Part shown: in pieces, positions 1 through 13,150 of the stretch | Position numbering within the stretch: the first letter of the stretch is position 1 | Layout of the letters: each line of letters starts with the position of its first letter | Assembly: GCF_006345805.1 (NCBI RefSeq) | Contig: NC_043003.1 | Span: 22,320,001-22,384,000 of the forward strand | Direction: 5' to 3' | DNA: 64,000 nt | Origin: Octopus sinensis | Taxonomy: Eukaryota | Translations under genes and position numbers: made by a program | The notes under the pieces: generated by a model | What the model was told of the DNA's origin: nothing | Databases searched by the model: none | The model's input: the letters and a program-made list of their open reading frames with translations, nothing else

Positions 1-670
1 TCATAATTAGACAGACACACATGCACACACATTACTGCACCCTGCTGTATCTTACTGTCTCTTTTTTCTCTGTCACTCTCTCTCTCTCTTTCTCTCTCTG
101 TGTCTTTGTTTCTCTATCAATACTTGCTTCAGCTGCTGCATTATGTAATGTGAAGAATTGGGAAAATACTGGATGACTGTCTTTCAAGAACCAACTCTAG
201 CTAATGGGGTTTTTCTCTGCTGGTTTTGGTACTTTCTTACATTTTGGAGTGTGCTCATACAAACATGCAGATTTGCATATGTGTATATATATATACACAC
301 ACATTTATATGAATATATATATAAAAATCTGTGTGTATGTGTGTATCTATGTATGTATAAAATTCTGTTGCTGGGTGTATTTGTGTGTGTGTGTGTGTGT
401 ATGCATGCACACATGAATATATACATAAAAATCTGTGTGTGTATCTATGTATGTATAAAATTCTGTCACTGGGTGTATTTATTTGTGTGTGTGTGTGTGT
501 ATATAAAGAGAGAGAGTGTGCTTAATATGTATTTTTGAATGTATGTGTGTTGTATATATTTGTATTATATACATATTCAAATGTATTTGTATATGAATAT
601 TTTTACTGCATGTGTGCATATCTATACATATATGTATGTGTGTGCATATATATACATATATATAAACCAA

Positions 671-1060
671 AGCCTTGGCTTTATTATCTCATTCTGTCTA
701 CTATATATATATATATATATATTAGACAGAATGAGATAACAAAGCCAAGGCTATGAGGAGTTTTCAGGACATTTATAATGAAATAGTCATACAGGTGTTT
801 CTGGTATGTTATGGATATCCCTTCATCAGAGACAGTCTGAGAAAATATTAGAGTTCGAATTATTATGGAAAAGGAGGAGATAGGGAATCTAGAGGAAACA
901 AGAGAATGAAAGTAGAAATAAGATGTATAAAGATATTGTATTTGCAGTTCCATTATTCGAGGAAAACGGTGTATAGAAGTGGTAAAAGTTTCTTGTACAT
1001 GGTATGCAAGTTCCAATAGCAGTTTCAAATTATGGAGCTCTGGAATCAATGTTGCTCGTT
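671..1060 (-). mobile_element. Penelope-like-element terminus or non-autonomous derivative with hairpin end and hammerhead-like motif
   Basis: 30-bp inverted repeat around (TA)n at 671-752, and a minus-strand CTGATGA...GAAAC-ACCT-GTA motif at 785-837. Confidence 0.5.
785..837 (-). ncRNA. Degenerate minimal type-I hammerhead ribozyme motif
   Basis: Minus strand reads tGTCt CTGATGA A GGGATAT-CCATA-ACATACC A GAAAC ACCT GT A tGAC. Core nucleotides are intact; helix II and helix I carry mismatches. Confidence 0.5.
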
Positions 1061-1469
1061 TGAAAGGGTTTTATATATGTACATGTGTATATATTTGTAT
1101 ATATTGATGTGTGTGTGTTATGATCGTATATGTTTGTCGTGTTTGTGTAAAAGCTACAATAAAAGCATGTATATACATATGTAAAATACTACTTACTTGT
1201 CTGTGTATTTATTGAGCTAACTGCTTATCTCTTTTTGTTTTGGTTGAAATTTCGTTTTTCAATTGAAGATTTTTCTTATGTCCTTATTTGAGCTTCATGC
1301 TTAGTTTCAAACTGTATGAATCCAAAATCTGTTTGTTTGAAAGGCCTTCTTGAACCCTCATCTTTTGAATGAAATGATACTCACACAATGTTAGTGAACA
1401 TTTGCTGTAGGTGGTGAAGAATCATGGGAATGATATCTTTCATCTTGATTTTTTTTTTTATATTGTTCA

Positions 1470-1700
1470 TCATCGTTTAACGTCCGCTTTCCATGGGTTG
1501 GACAATTTGACTGAGGGCTGGCGAACCAGATGGCTGCACCAGGCTCCATTCTTGATCTGGTGGAGTTTCTACAGCTGGATGCCTTCCTAATGCCAACCAC
1601 CCTGAGAGTGTAGTGGGTGGTTTTACGTGCCACCGGCACAGGGGCCAGTGAGGCGGTACTGGCAACAACCTCGCTCGAATGTTTTTACACGTGCCACCGG
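1470..1700 (-). mobile_element. RTE-LINE 3' tail or RTE-derived SINE fragment
   Basis: Reverse complement of the 3' end of the RTE copy at 44641-45363 (catcatcgtttaacgtccgctttccatg...acagctggatgcc). Related fragments at about 10330-10560, 12360-12760, 24840-25010, 39000-39200, 55310-55500 and 57730-58010. Confidence 0.8.
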
Positions 1701-2289
1701 TACTGTTTTTACATGGTCAAGGCACAGTAATGTTTCTTGGAGACCTGTCATCATGAACTCTCCTGTCCTAGACAATACATGAGGGGTTTTGCAATTCCTT
1801 GCTGATCAACATACACAAATGATTCGCTTATAGTGATCAAATGTTTGTGCTGCTCATCGGCTCACTTCTGCCATTGAATTAACATTTCCTGTACAGGTGC
1901 AGAAGTGTGCCACTTGTGAAAGTGATTGTAGATCAAAGCGAGATAGACTGTTTTGCTCGTGAACACAAAGCGTGGCCTGATCTGAGAATCAAAACCATAA
2001 TCTTGCTGTTGTGAGTGCAACACCCTGACCACTAGGTCACATGCCTTCACTACTTGATGTGTATAGTAACTGCGGTTTGTGCTTTTCAAGGAAGCAACAT
2101 CTGTTCATGATGTGAGTGCAGATATAGGGTGTGGTGTCTTGCATATTTACATTGGTTGTTTGAAGTTTGCTCTGTAGCTTGTAGGTTTGGTTTCATGTTG
2201 ATGAGAACACAAAACAAAATTAGTTTGGAAAACATTGAAACATTATTTGATTGTTCTATCACCCTGTAGAGAATTGCACAAAAAACTAG

Positions 2290-2650
2290 AATATGAACTA
2301 TGGAAGCTTTGGCTGTTTGGTAAGGAATTTGCTTCCCTACCACATGGTTCTGGGTGTAGTGGCAAGCTGGGCAAGTGCTTACTATTATGGTCTTGGGCTG
2401 ACCAAAGCTTTGAGTGATTTTGGTAGAGAGAAACTGAAAGAAGCCTGTTGTATATGTGTATTTGTGTGTGAGTGTGCGCGTGTGTCTGTGTTTCTATCCC
2501 CATAACTTAGCAGTTCAATAAAAGGGACTGATAGAATAAGTACCAAGCTTAAAAAAAAAAAACAGTACTGAGTTTGACTCGCTTGACTAACTCCAAGGTT
2601 GTGCTCCAGCATGGTCGCAGTCTAATGATTGAAAATAGTTTAAACAAAAA
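2290..2650 (+). mobile_element. tRNA-derived SINE family B, degenerate copy
   Basis: Aligns by eye to the copy at 53005-53395: head, GGGCAAGTG core and CCAGCATGG..CAGTC tail. Confidence 0.7.
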
Positions 2651-5600
2651 AGGACACAAGCCAAACTTTAATACACATGTATGGCACATGTAAAATAATC
2701 TCTGGAATTAATTATCAAACAATTTAAAATCCGTTGCTGATGGTGTTGTGAAGTGCAACATCGTTCTTACAATCTTTTGCTTCCAACAATAAACTACAGC
2801 AACAATGCTTCACTGTTAGATCATTCAGAAGATGAGGCTTGGAAGGTGTTGATATATTAAAGGACTTAGGAATGCTGCTGTTATTCAAACTCAAATATAA
2901 AGGACTTATAGATGTGGATGAAAAAAAACAACATTTGTAATAAAGTGTAAACACAAACATGGCTTCCGTGCAACACACCCATACACAAACAAACATTTCT
3001 TTGGTTGATACCCACCACCATTTCTATGTTATTGTTACAAGTACTTTTCTCTTGTTTGTTACATGTGTATCATATGTCCTGTAAGGTTAAAAGCTATCTC
3101 TTTCTCTTGTTCCTTCATTCCATCTTTCTCTTTCTCTTTTCCTTTCTCCTTCATTCTCTTTTTTTTTTGTCTCAATCTCTGTCTCTTTTTATATGTCATT
3201 CTTTTCTCACTCTGCTTCCTTTTCTTCTATTTTTCCCCTTTCTCTCCTCTTTTTATCTCTCTCTCTCTCACTAAATATTTCACACCAACATAGTCCTCTC
3301 TCTCTTCCTGTTTATAGTTGTAATAACATATGAACAAAAAGAAACATTGAAACATAGTAAAAAGATGAATAACTGGGTTTATTGCAGCTGTGTGTCTTGG
3401 ATAAATATTTCAACTTCCTCATTATTCCTATTAAACTGTATATTAGCTGTCAGACAGATTCTTTAAAGTAATTAATTTTATTTCAAAAGGCTCAAGTATA
3501 TTTTTCTTTATCTTTTTGTTATGTAAAAGAGAGAATACAGTTTGATGGAATAAAACTCCAGTATATTACTGGTACTTATTCAATGCCTTCATTTTTTATT
3601 TTATTGGTTTCAATCACTGAACTGAGGCTGATCTGGGTCATCACTTTCAAAGGTTTTAGTCATTAATATTGGTACTGAATCTGTACAGATAGTGAATATG
3701 GAACGAGTGTCAGGCTCATTTCAGCAATCTCTGTTTATTGTGCGATTAAGTCCACTGAAGCTGTGTCGTTACAGAGAGTTAGCTCTGTCGTATAAAGTTT
3801 TAAATATTACGAATTATTTATCAGTTTACACATGCATGCATGTGCCCAATACACACAGACGCGTGAGTATATATATGGTGTAATGCACAGATAACCATTA
3901 AAATGTTTTGCTACAGAAACATGTGTAGCATGGATTGAACTGCCATTGTCCATTCTTCTAACTTTATTGTACACATAGACATACACACACACAATGAGCT
4001 TCCACCGAGTATCCATCGCCTGAATTTCAGTTAAAAGGCATTGGCTTATTGGAACTATCCCAGAAGAAGTATCAAGCCTGGAACCATGTAGTTGTAAAGC
4101 AAACTTCATAATCACACAATCATAACTGCATCCAAGTGTTGCTTATAAGACTATAATTTTGTGTACCAGCAATATCATCCCCCTACAACATTTATATGTA
4201 TACTAGATTCTGATGTTTTTTCACCAGTTGTCATCCATATCAATTTATATATTCTCGAATGTGTACATGTCTAATATGAAGACCTTATGATGATTGTCAT
4301 TCCTAGTGCTATTCCCCTTGCTTTGTACTATTAAATTCTGATGTTCTACTGAGATGATTGACATTTCCATTAGGTTTATTTGATATAAATATATCCAGGA
4401 ACTGTTTAAGGCTGAGTGGGGACATTAGCTTCTTTGTTTGAGGTATAAGGATGCAGTTGTGTGTTGGTAGCCAGCTGGAAAAGATGTTTTCCCTGGGGCT
4501 AAAAAAGGTAGTAACATTATCCTAATCAGGACTGCCACTTTACATTGGCAAATAGATTTTACTCTGTAGTAACGTTACTACTTACTTCTCACTCAGAGAT
4601 TTAAAACTAATTGGTTTCCTCTTTATGAGATCAGTGACTGTGTCACTTTAAAAGTATATACCTCGAACAAGGCCTAGTGCTGCTATCTCTAGTCAACGGT
4701 TATCCTGTGTCGATGAAGAGAAATAACCCAGAAACCACAGTTCGTAGGTACTGTTTAAGGCTGAGTGGGGACATTAGATCCCTTGTTTGAGTTATTAGGA
4801 CACAATTGTGCATTAGTAGCCAGCTGGAAAAAATGTTTTCCTGGAGCTAAAAACGGTAGTAACATCATCACACATACGTGTATGAGTACATGTGTATACA
4901 CACACACATTTGTAGGTAATTGATGATAGCTCACCAATAAATAAATCTAATTACATATGAATTATGTATCATTAAGATGGTTTCTTGTTGACTGTACTCA
5001 ACCTCAGGCACACCCTCTCTGCTTATTGAGATTTGTTTATAGCAGCAGTAACCTTTCCTTGGCACCTTGTTAATTTTTTATGGTCTCCTTCGCAGCAACC
5101 ACTATGGATTGTAACCTAAAACATGTATTTGGGGGTTAGGTCTTTCGATCTGTTGGACTTTGCTGGATCCTCATTGGGTTTTCACTGGGTTGGTTACTGA
5201 AGTCTTTGTCTTGTCTTCATCTTACTATACATAGCAGGTTAGCATTGCAGAGCTATGATAGGGAGTTTGTGAGAATTTAAGCACAGAACTTGGTAATTAA
5301 GAAAATATACTTGTCAGTTAGTTTCATTTTCTTTTGGCATTTACTGCAATAATTTTTTGTTAGAAATGGAGCCTTTATGGTGTTGCTCAGTCTGCTAGAA
5401 GTAACCACATTTTCCTACATTCTTCTTTACTGTCTATCGATATTTAAGGTTACAGTGTATATCGGACGAGGAAATACATATTTACTGAAGTAAAAGAAAG
5501 AAAAAAGAGAGGGATTGGCGTGGCTGAAATACTTTTAATCATATGTCTGCTCAATCAGGGATGACCTATGGCTAAACACTAATAACAAATTTTTTAGATG

Positions 5601-7734
5601 CTTTGGGCTGTTTATTAAAGGTGAATAGTTCTTTGTTTTCTATGCATACACAATACTATTATTAATTCTATTGATGGCTGTCAGTTACAATAGTAATTTA
5701 TACTTCAAATATTATACCATCTTGGAAATTATTTCTGTCAGTCTTCTATACATTCTAGAGTCAGTGGTGTTTGGTATACTTTCATCATCACTTAATGTCT
5801 GTTTTTATATATTTCATTCTAAGGCAGTGGGCTTTAGTACACTGGGTAAAATGCTTAGTGGCATTTTGTCTATCTGAGTTCAAGTTCTGCCAAGGTCAAC
5901 CTTGCCATTTATCATTTTGTGAGGGTCAATAAAATGAGCATCATTTCAGAACTGGGGTCGATGTAATTGACTTAGGCATTCTCTCAACATTGCCAGCCTT
6001 GTGCCAAAATTTGAAACCAGTATTATATTTCATCTTGGTCCATGTCTTGTCAGTACTTATTGATCCAGTCTTTTACATTCTATGGTTGTTATGGCTTTCT
6101 GTAATTTTTCTATCTCACCTTTCATCCCCCACACCTAACGTTTTATAATTTTCCTGATTGTCTTCCATACTTCTACAGTTGCTGACTCCCCCCCCCACCT
6201 AGTATGTGTTTGTGTGTCTCCACACTGCTTGACAACCAGTATTGGTTTGTTTATATCCTTGTAACTTAGCAGTTTGGCAAAAGAGACCGAAATAATAATC
6301 ACCAGACCTCCCCTTCCCAAAAAACAAAAAACAAACAGAAATAAGTACTGGAGTTAATTTGTTTGATTAAACCCTTCAGGGTAGTGTTCCAGAATGACCA
6401 CAGTCCCATGACTGAAACAAGTAAAAGATAAAGGATATGATACCCTGAACCTTACATTATTCTAGATACACACCTTTCTTTTTAAGACAGCATAGTGGGA
6501 TTTGAGAGAATTTGGCTGCTGCTTCTAGCAAGTCAGGCACTCATGTAGAGGTTCCCTCTTTGACTCAATCAATGTTTATGTAGCTGAATTGTGTAAATGT
6601 TTTTTTTTTTTTAATAATTATTCCCTTAGATTTTTCCCCCTCATCTGGTAATAATTTTCTCTTGTCTTGCATAGTTTTCCCTGCTCTCCCCTTTGTTTTT
6701 GCCATGATCATCCACAATTTATGGACATCTGTTATGATTTTTCGGCAATGTTTTAAATAGTGTTCCGATATCCATCTTTATTTTCATCGTTTTCCCCTTC
6801 ATACCACCCACATGTCTGTCATTTGCTCAAGACCTAGAACCCCCTCCCCTCCTTCGTTATTCATTATGTTTTTTTGCATTTTGTACAGCCACACCTCTTG
6901 CTATTATTGTTGTCAGTCCTTAAATCCATCCATACATATGTAAGTTATTTCAGTTCTGTCCCTCCATCACATTGCATTCATTTATATAACATTTGTTGTT
7001 GTCGTCGCAATGGGACAAAAATTTTTTCTTATCAGCTGACAGATGGCATACTTAGCATTTTTTTCCTGAAGAAATAATTTTCCTCTGTTTCAAAAATTGT
7101 CTATTAATCAAAAAATATTTTCAGTCACCACCACCACTACCATTGCCCCCCCCCACCATTCATTCTGTTTGATATGCAGTTCAGAAGATTACCTCTGGTA
7201 GTATCTAATTGAGAAACGCTGATCTTGAGCTGTAATTACCAAGTGTTTATTGTCTCTTTTTCATCTTTGGTCCTTTGAGCCAGTTAAGGCCCCATTGTTT
7301 ATCTCAATCTGGTTTTAATTTTGCTTTTATGGGAATTGCCTTGGAAATTGGTTCAGTTACTATGTTGTGTTTTATTTTTTTTTGTTCTTGATTCTCTGTT
7401 TTTATATCTTTTTTTTTTTTTTCAATTCCTGAACTGCTTTTCTGGTATTTGTCCTTCTGCAGTGCATGCATGTTTAACGCTAAATATGTTTGTAGTTTTA
7501 GAAGAATTTGCAAGTGGAGAACCAGTTTATGCAAAATGTTCCCATGCTTCTTTTCTACTTTCAGTGGTAGAACCCCTTGTTTTTGTTGTGTTTTGTAACT
7601 TCTTGTAGGAGGGCATCTTGTTGGGTGGTTCATTGTGTTCTTGAGCAAGAAACTCCATTTCACATTACTCTTTTCCACTCGGCTGTAAATGAATTCAAAT
7701 AAAAAATAATAATTATTATTGTCAGAATCATTAA

Positions 7735-8167
7735 CCCTTTAGCATTCAAATTTCTTTGTTTATTTATTCACGTTGTTTTGAATTGATTAAACGTTATCTT
7801 GTTGCTTTGAGGTGGTGAGCTGGCAGAAACATTAGCACGCTGGGTGAAATGCTTAGCGGTACTTCAACTGCCGTTACATTCTGAGTTCAAATTCCGCTAA
7901 GGTCAAATTTGCCTTTCATCCTTTCGAGGTCAATAAATTAAGTACCAGTTACGCACTGGGGTTGATGTAATTGACTTAATCCCTTTATCTGTCCTTGTTT
8001 GTCCCCTCTGTTTAACCCCTTGTGGGCAATAAAGAAATAAGATTTCAATGATGAGATCGTTTATTTTTAGAACGACATTGTAGGGTAGGTGTAAGAGGTC
8101 TGATCTAGTTAGATAAAATAGGTGTAGAATATTTTGATTGGATGTGGTCAGTTTGAATGCTGAAAGG
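7735..8167. mobile_element. piggyBac-type MITE interrupted by a SINE
   Basis: TTAA at 7731-7734 and 8168-8171; TIR ccctttagcattcaaa / tttgaatgctgaaagg. A related copy lies in reverse at 33459-33634. Confidence 0.7.
7811..8040 (+). mobile_element. tRNA-derived SINE family A, full length, nested in the MITE
   Basis: A-box-like tggcagaaacattagca, B-box-like gagttcaaattcc, GCCTTTCATCC...AAGTACCAG core and aaagaaataa tail. Confidence 0.85.
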
Positions 8168-8814
8168 TTAAAGCTTTGGACAAAATATCTTGTGTTGTTT
8201 GTTCTGCTCTTTATGTTCTCAGTTCAGACCCCACCGATACCAACTTAGATTTTCACTATTTCAAGGTGAACAATACAAGGGTAGGCCTATGACCTGTCAG
8301 TCCAGAGGTTATCTTCTGATTGTCTTGCAGGTGGGTACACCATCTGTTGCTAGCTTGCCAGGCTTGTCATGACATCACCATATTGCCCATGTTTGCTGGC
8401 TGAGTGGACTGGAGCAAGCAATGTGAAGTGAAGTGTTTTGCTCAAGAACACAACACATCACCTGATCTAGTAATTGAAACCACAATCTTATGATTGTGAG
8501 TCCAACATCCCAACCACTAAGCCATGCACCTCTACCTTCTTTTAGGGTCAATAAAATAAAACTAGCTGTCAAAGTACTGAGGTCAATAACATCAACTAAC
8601 CCATTCTGACAAGAAATTTGTTTTGGACTGAAATTAGAAATTTAGGGTTGTGAGTTTGTGGAATCATTAAAAAGTCATGACAATTGCTTTGAGGTATTTC
8701 TTATTCTCAGTTCATGTGTTGCCGAGGTCAACTTGGCCTTTTATCCCTCCGGATATTGATAAAATTAAAAGTATCAGTCAAGTACTGTGGTTGATTATTT
8801 TGATTAACCTCTGA

Positions 8815-9260
8815 TAAGAGTATTCCAGGCACATGCATCACAACCAAATGTGCATAACATGGTGATCTCATATCAAGATAACCAGCACATGATCTTGCAG
8901 GTGGGGCCCTGTTAGAATTTTCTTCTGGTCGAGTAACCTACCCTGCTCAAAAGGTCCCTGAATAAGGGTTGTTTAAGGATGATGAATGAAACACCCATGT
9001 TTCCAGAGGTGAATTATTCAAACCCAAAGGAATTCCTCTCAGCATGTGGCTATGATGCTCCCCCACTACTTCTGCATGTCATCAGAGATGCACATATTGT
9101 CAGTCACTAAGGGACATGCTCAACTGGTTAAGGTCAAGCAACTGACAAGCAGATCTGTGGTACTGAGCAGAATGTTTGCTTTAGCCCATCTTTTACTCCA
9201 AGGCAAAACATGTACATAACACTTCTAATCAGTTAAGATCAAAAGCCATGACAGCCAGTG
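8815..9260 (+). repeat. Dispersed repeat family D (copy 1), class unknown
   Basis: About 440 bp closely similar to 20995-21445 (ttccaggcacatgcatc...ctgacaagcagatctgtggtactgagcagaatgtttgct). Confidence 0.8.
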
Positions 9261-10073
9261 CCTGGTACTGCATCAGGGCAACGTACTGCATCATTACAGT
9301 TTATTATTATTATTATTATTATTAGTTTCATTATTATTTTTACTAAAATTTTTTGAAGTGAAACAATGCATCTGTTTCATAAATATATATTTACATGTAT
9401 GTTATCTAAGTATCTTGTATAGAAACACATTTTTCTTATCTTTATTGACTTTTTACTATATTTTTGGAGAGGCTTTTAATTATAGCCACAAGGTAGACAT
9501 TATCTCTACTCCCCCTCTCTCTCCTTTGCCCCAACCCCCACACATACACATAATTCTATCAAGGCATGTATTCTAGGTATGCGAGGTGAGTGCCACACAC
9601 CCTCAAAGTATGGTAAATTTTCTTTATAATAATTCCATTCTTGTAGTGCCGTGATATAATCTGGTCATAATTTCCTAGCAATTCTAATAATACACACTGT
9701 GAAACACAGATTAAACCAGGTTGAAGTCATCTTATGTATGGAAATAGCTTTAAAGATTGTATGTTTATACTTATTTCCTTAATAGTAGGTTAACAGGGAA
9801 GCACACACCATGACAACAACCACCATACTTCACTGATTTTCATTAGATGAATATATTTTCCATTTGAGGAAACCATATATATAATAATAATGAGAGGTGT
9901 GGCTGTGTGGAAAGATGTAAGCAGTTTACTTCCAAACCACATGTTACTGGTTTCAATCTCACTGCGTGACCCCTTGGGCAAGCATATTCTACTAAACCAC
10001 CGGGCTGATTGTAGACTTGTGAGTGAATTTAGCAGTTTGGTAGTCAAAAACTGAAAGAAGCCTGTCATATATT

Positions 10074-10132
<59 letters not shown>

Positions 10133-11516
10133 CAACAAAAATTTAACAAAAACACAACAAATGGAAAGTTTTACAAAAACATAGCAAACAGAAAATTTGT
10201 AGCTAATTCCTCATCCGTCAACGTCCAAAAGATAATTACAATTTTGCACCTTTAATATTGATATTGTTTACTTTTGGTGGTACCAGTGGCGAAGAGCCAC
10301 TGGGAATAGCTAACAAATGTACAGGACAGTGACGAAGATGTGTGGTTGTGTGTGTGTCCTTGACATCTAGTGATGGTTCTAAATGATCACCACCATCATA
10401 CAATGTCATTTGTTTTCAGTCTAGCCTGGGTGGGGGGACTGTTACCTTACTTGGAAACGATTGAGTCTTGGTGATAGGAAGGGTATCCAGCTGTAGAAAA
10501 TCTGCCTCATTGAAATCTGTTTGACTTATGCAAGTACAGAAAAGTTGATGTTAAAATGATGTTGAAAGGCAGTACATATCAACAGAAATTTGGTTATAAA
10601 AGGATTAAAGGAATTTGGTTGTCATTTCTTGCAAATTGAGCATTGGCTCATGTTGAAATGATTTTACCCCAATAGAGGCATCAACTGAATTTCATAGTAA
10701 AACTATTTCATATTTTCATATATAGCTTTTATAGTACATCTATTCTAAGTTGTTTTCTATTATAGTCATTTTTTATATTATTTCTGTCTTTTATGTCACT
10801 ATTCTTACTTCATATCTCCAGAACAGAGTTTCCATGCACTTTTATTTTGTGTATTTTTAATATTGTTGTAGTATTTCACTTTTATGATTTTCTTGTCACA
10901 TTTTAGCCTTCCTATTTTAAAATATGTTCAACATAAGTGTGATATGAAACAGTTTTCTTTGTTTTTAATTCTTCTTTTTCATGGCTGTAATATGATATTT
11001 CAGTGCATGGCTTCATCTGAAATATATTTTCAGATATATAACATAGATCTTTAAATATTTAATATACATATATAATCAAGATGTTGGTTACTTTCTAAAC
11101 ATGTAGGAGGAGGACTAGTGTATTTAATAATATAATTTGTGTAATTTAATAAACTCAGGCACAGCCAAGGTTTTGCTGCTAGAATATTATTTCAACACGT
11201 GCATGTGTACCATACTGTTGGTTCTGTCTTTGTTAGACTTGAAAGGCAATTTATAGAGCTGAATACGGTCAAACTTGCCATCAAATTTGAGAAATTTGAG
11301 GGTTTACAGTTCTCTGTTTTATAAAAACATGAGAAATTTCATGGTAATGACTGACTGGTCACTTTGGTGTGATGGTTATTGTGGTCAAATGGTATTCAAC
11401 AGATTTGTGGTTCAATTCCCTTAAGTAGCCCTGCTCATATTTTTTTATTTATTGTACCTTGCTTGTAAATGTAATTAAATCTTAACTGTTTATGTGTGTG
11501 TGTGTGTGTGTGTGTG

Positions 11517-11566
<50 letters not shown>

Positions 11567-11836
11567 TGTAGGAGTGGCTGTTTGCTAAGTAGCTTGCTTG
11601 CCAACCACATGGTTCCAGGTTCAGTCCCACTGTGTGGCACCTTGGGCAAGTGTCTTCTACTATAGCCTGGGTCGACCAAAGCCTTGTGAGTGGATTTGGT
11701 AAATGGAAACTGAAAGAAGCCCAGTAAGAAATAAATACACAACTGAAAGAGGTACTAATATGCTTAGCTAAAGCATCATAAAAACACGAAACTATTAGTA
11801 GCACTTTCAGTTGTGCATTAAATTGCTATATACATA

Positions 11837-12058
11837 TGAGAGGGTGCTCAAAAGTTCCTGGCTTTAAGGGTATTGAGAAAGGCCTGGTTGGAGGCCCAAA
11901 CTTCTGAGTACTTTTAGAAGGCTTAGAAAAACTGAAGGACCGCTGCAGTAAGTGTGTAAATCTGAGAAGGGAATATTTTGAATAAAATCATAATCAGCTG
12001 ATCTTCCCATATTTTCTTTTACCCATAGCCAGGAAATTTTCAGTACTCCACCCACTTG
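11837..12058 (+). mobile_element. Mariner-type internally deleted element
   Basis: TA flanks; TIR-like gagagggtgctcaaaagttcctggct / agccaggaaattttcagtactc. Retains a transposase C-terminus LEGLEKLKDRCSKCVNLRREYFE*. Confidence 0.8.
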
Positions 12059-12932
12059 TACAATATGTTAAACAGTGGGAAAACTAAGCAGGTGTGTTCA
12101 AAGAAAAAAAATACTTGATGGTTTTTATTCCGCCCCAATTGCAGCATAGACACACCTTTCACAGTCTCACTGTTATAAATGCAGTGAATCAGTAATTGGA
12201 AAACTGAATATAATAAACGACTGAATAGTTCACAAAATTGCGTGATATGAAGTATTTATAAATAGGTGAAATAGTGAAATGGATAAGATAGTTGGTCACC
12301 TTGTCACAGTTTGCGTGTTCAAATCCAATCCACTGCAGATATATTATTGCCATTATTGTCGTAATCATTTAACATCCGTTTTCCATGCTGGCATGGGTTG
12401 GACAATTTGACTGAGAACAGGTAAGCTGGGGAGGTGCACCAGGTTCCAATCTGATTTGCCATGGTTTCTACAGCCGGATGCTCTTCCTAACACCAACCAT
12501 TCCGAGAGTGTGCTTTTTACAGCGGGTGCTTTTTACATGTCACTGGCACAAGTGCCAGTTATGTGACACTGGCATTGGCCATGACTATAATCTCACTCGG
12601 TTTGACAGGTCTTTTCAAGCACGATATATCACCAAAGGTCTTGGTCACCTGTCACTGCCTCCATGAGCCTCAACCCTCAAGCAGTGCTTTTTACACGTCA
12701 CCAGCACAGATGCCGGTCAAATAGCACTGGCATTGGTCACAGCTGTGATTTCACTTGGCTTGACAATATATGCATTTTTAATGTATTGACTTAAACTTCT
12801 GTGCATCTTAAACTTCTCTTTTTTGTCAAGGTACAATTTAGAGAAAATAAAAGAAAATTTTGATGTACTTTGTACATAGTTTAAAACTGATTTAAAAAAA
12901 AAAGGTGTTGTTTATACATTTTTGTTCATTAA

Positions 12933-13150
12933 CCCGTTCATTACCAACTCGGCTGAAACTGCCTCTGGCTCTGAGTACAAATGTCTTGTTTTCATAAGTT
13001 TTGAATTAAAAGCTTCCACCATACCTTAATCACAATTTATGTTCCTAATACAAGCTGAATGGTAACTAAGTTATTTTACAAAATTCTTTGTTATATTTAA
13101 AGTAATTGAAAGAAACACAGCATCTCAAAATAAATACAGTAACGAAAGGG
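12933..13150 (-). mobile_element. piggyBac-type MITE (218 bp)
   Basis: TTAA at 12929-12932 and 13151-13154; CCC...GGG termini; reverse-complement copy of 35075-35294. Confidence 0.85.

Noticed and set aside
2724-2996. 90-aa minus-strand ORF in unique sequence
   Set aside because: No recognisable domain or splice partners; the length is within chance expectation.
7811-7900. tRNA genes at SINE heads
   Set aside because: A/B-box-like motifs are present, but there is no complete cloverleaf and each runs into a SINE body.
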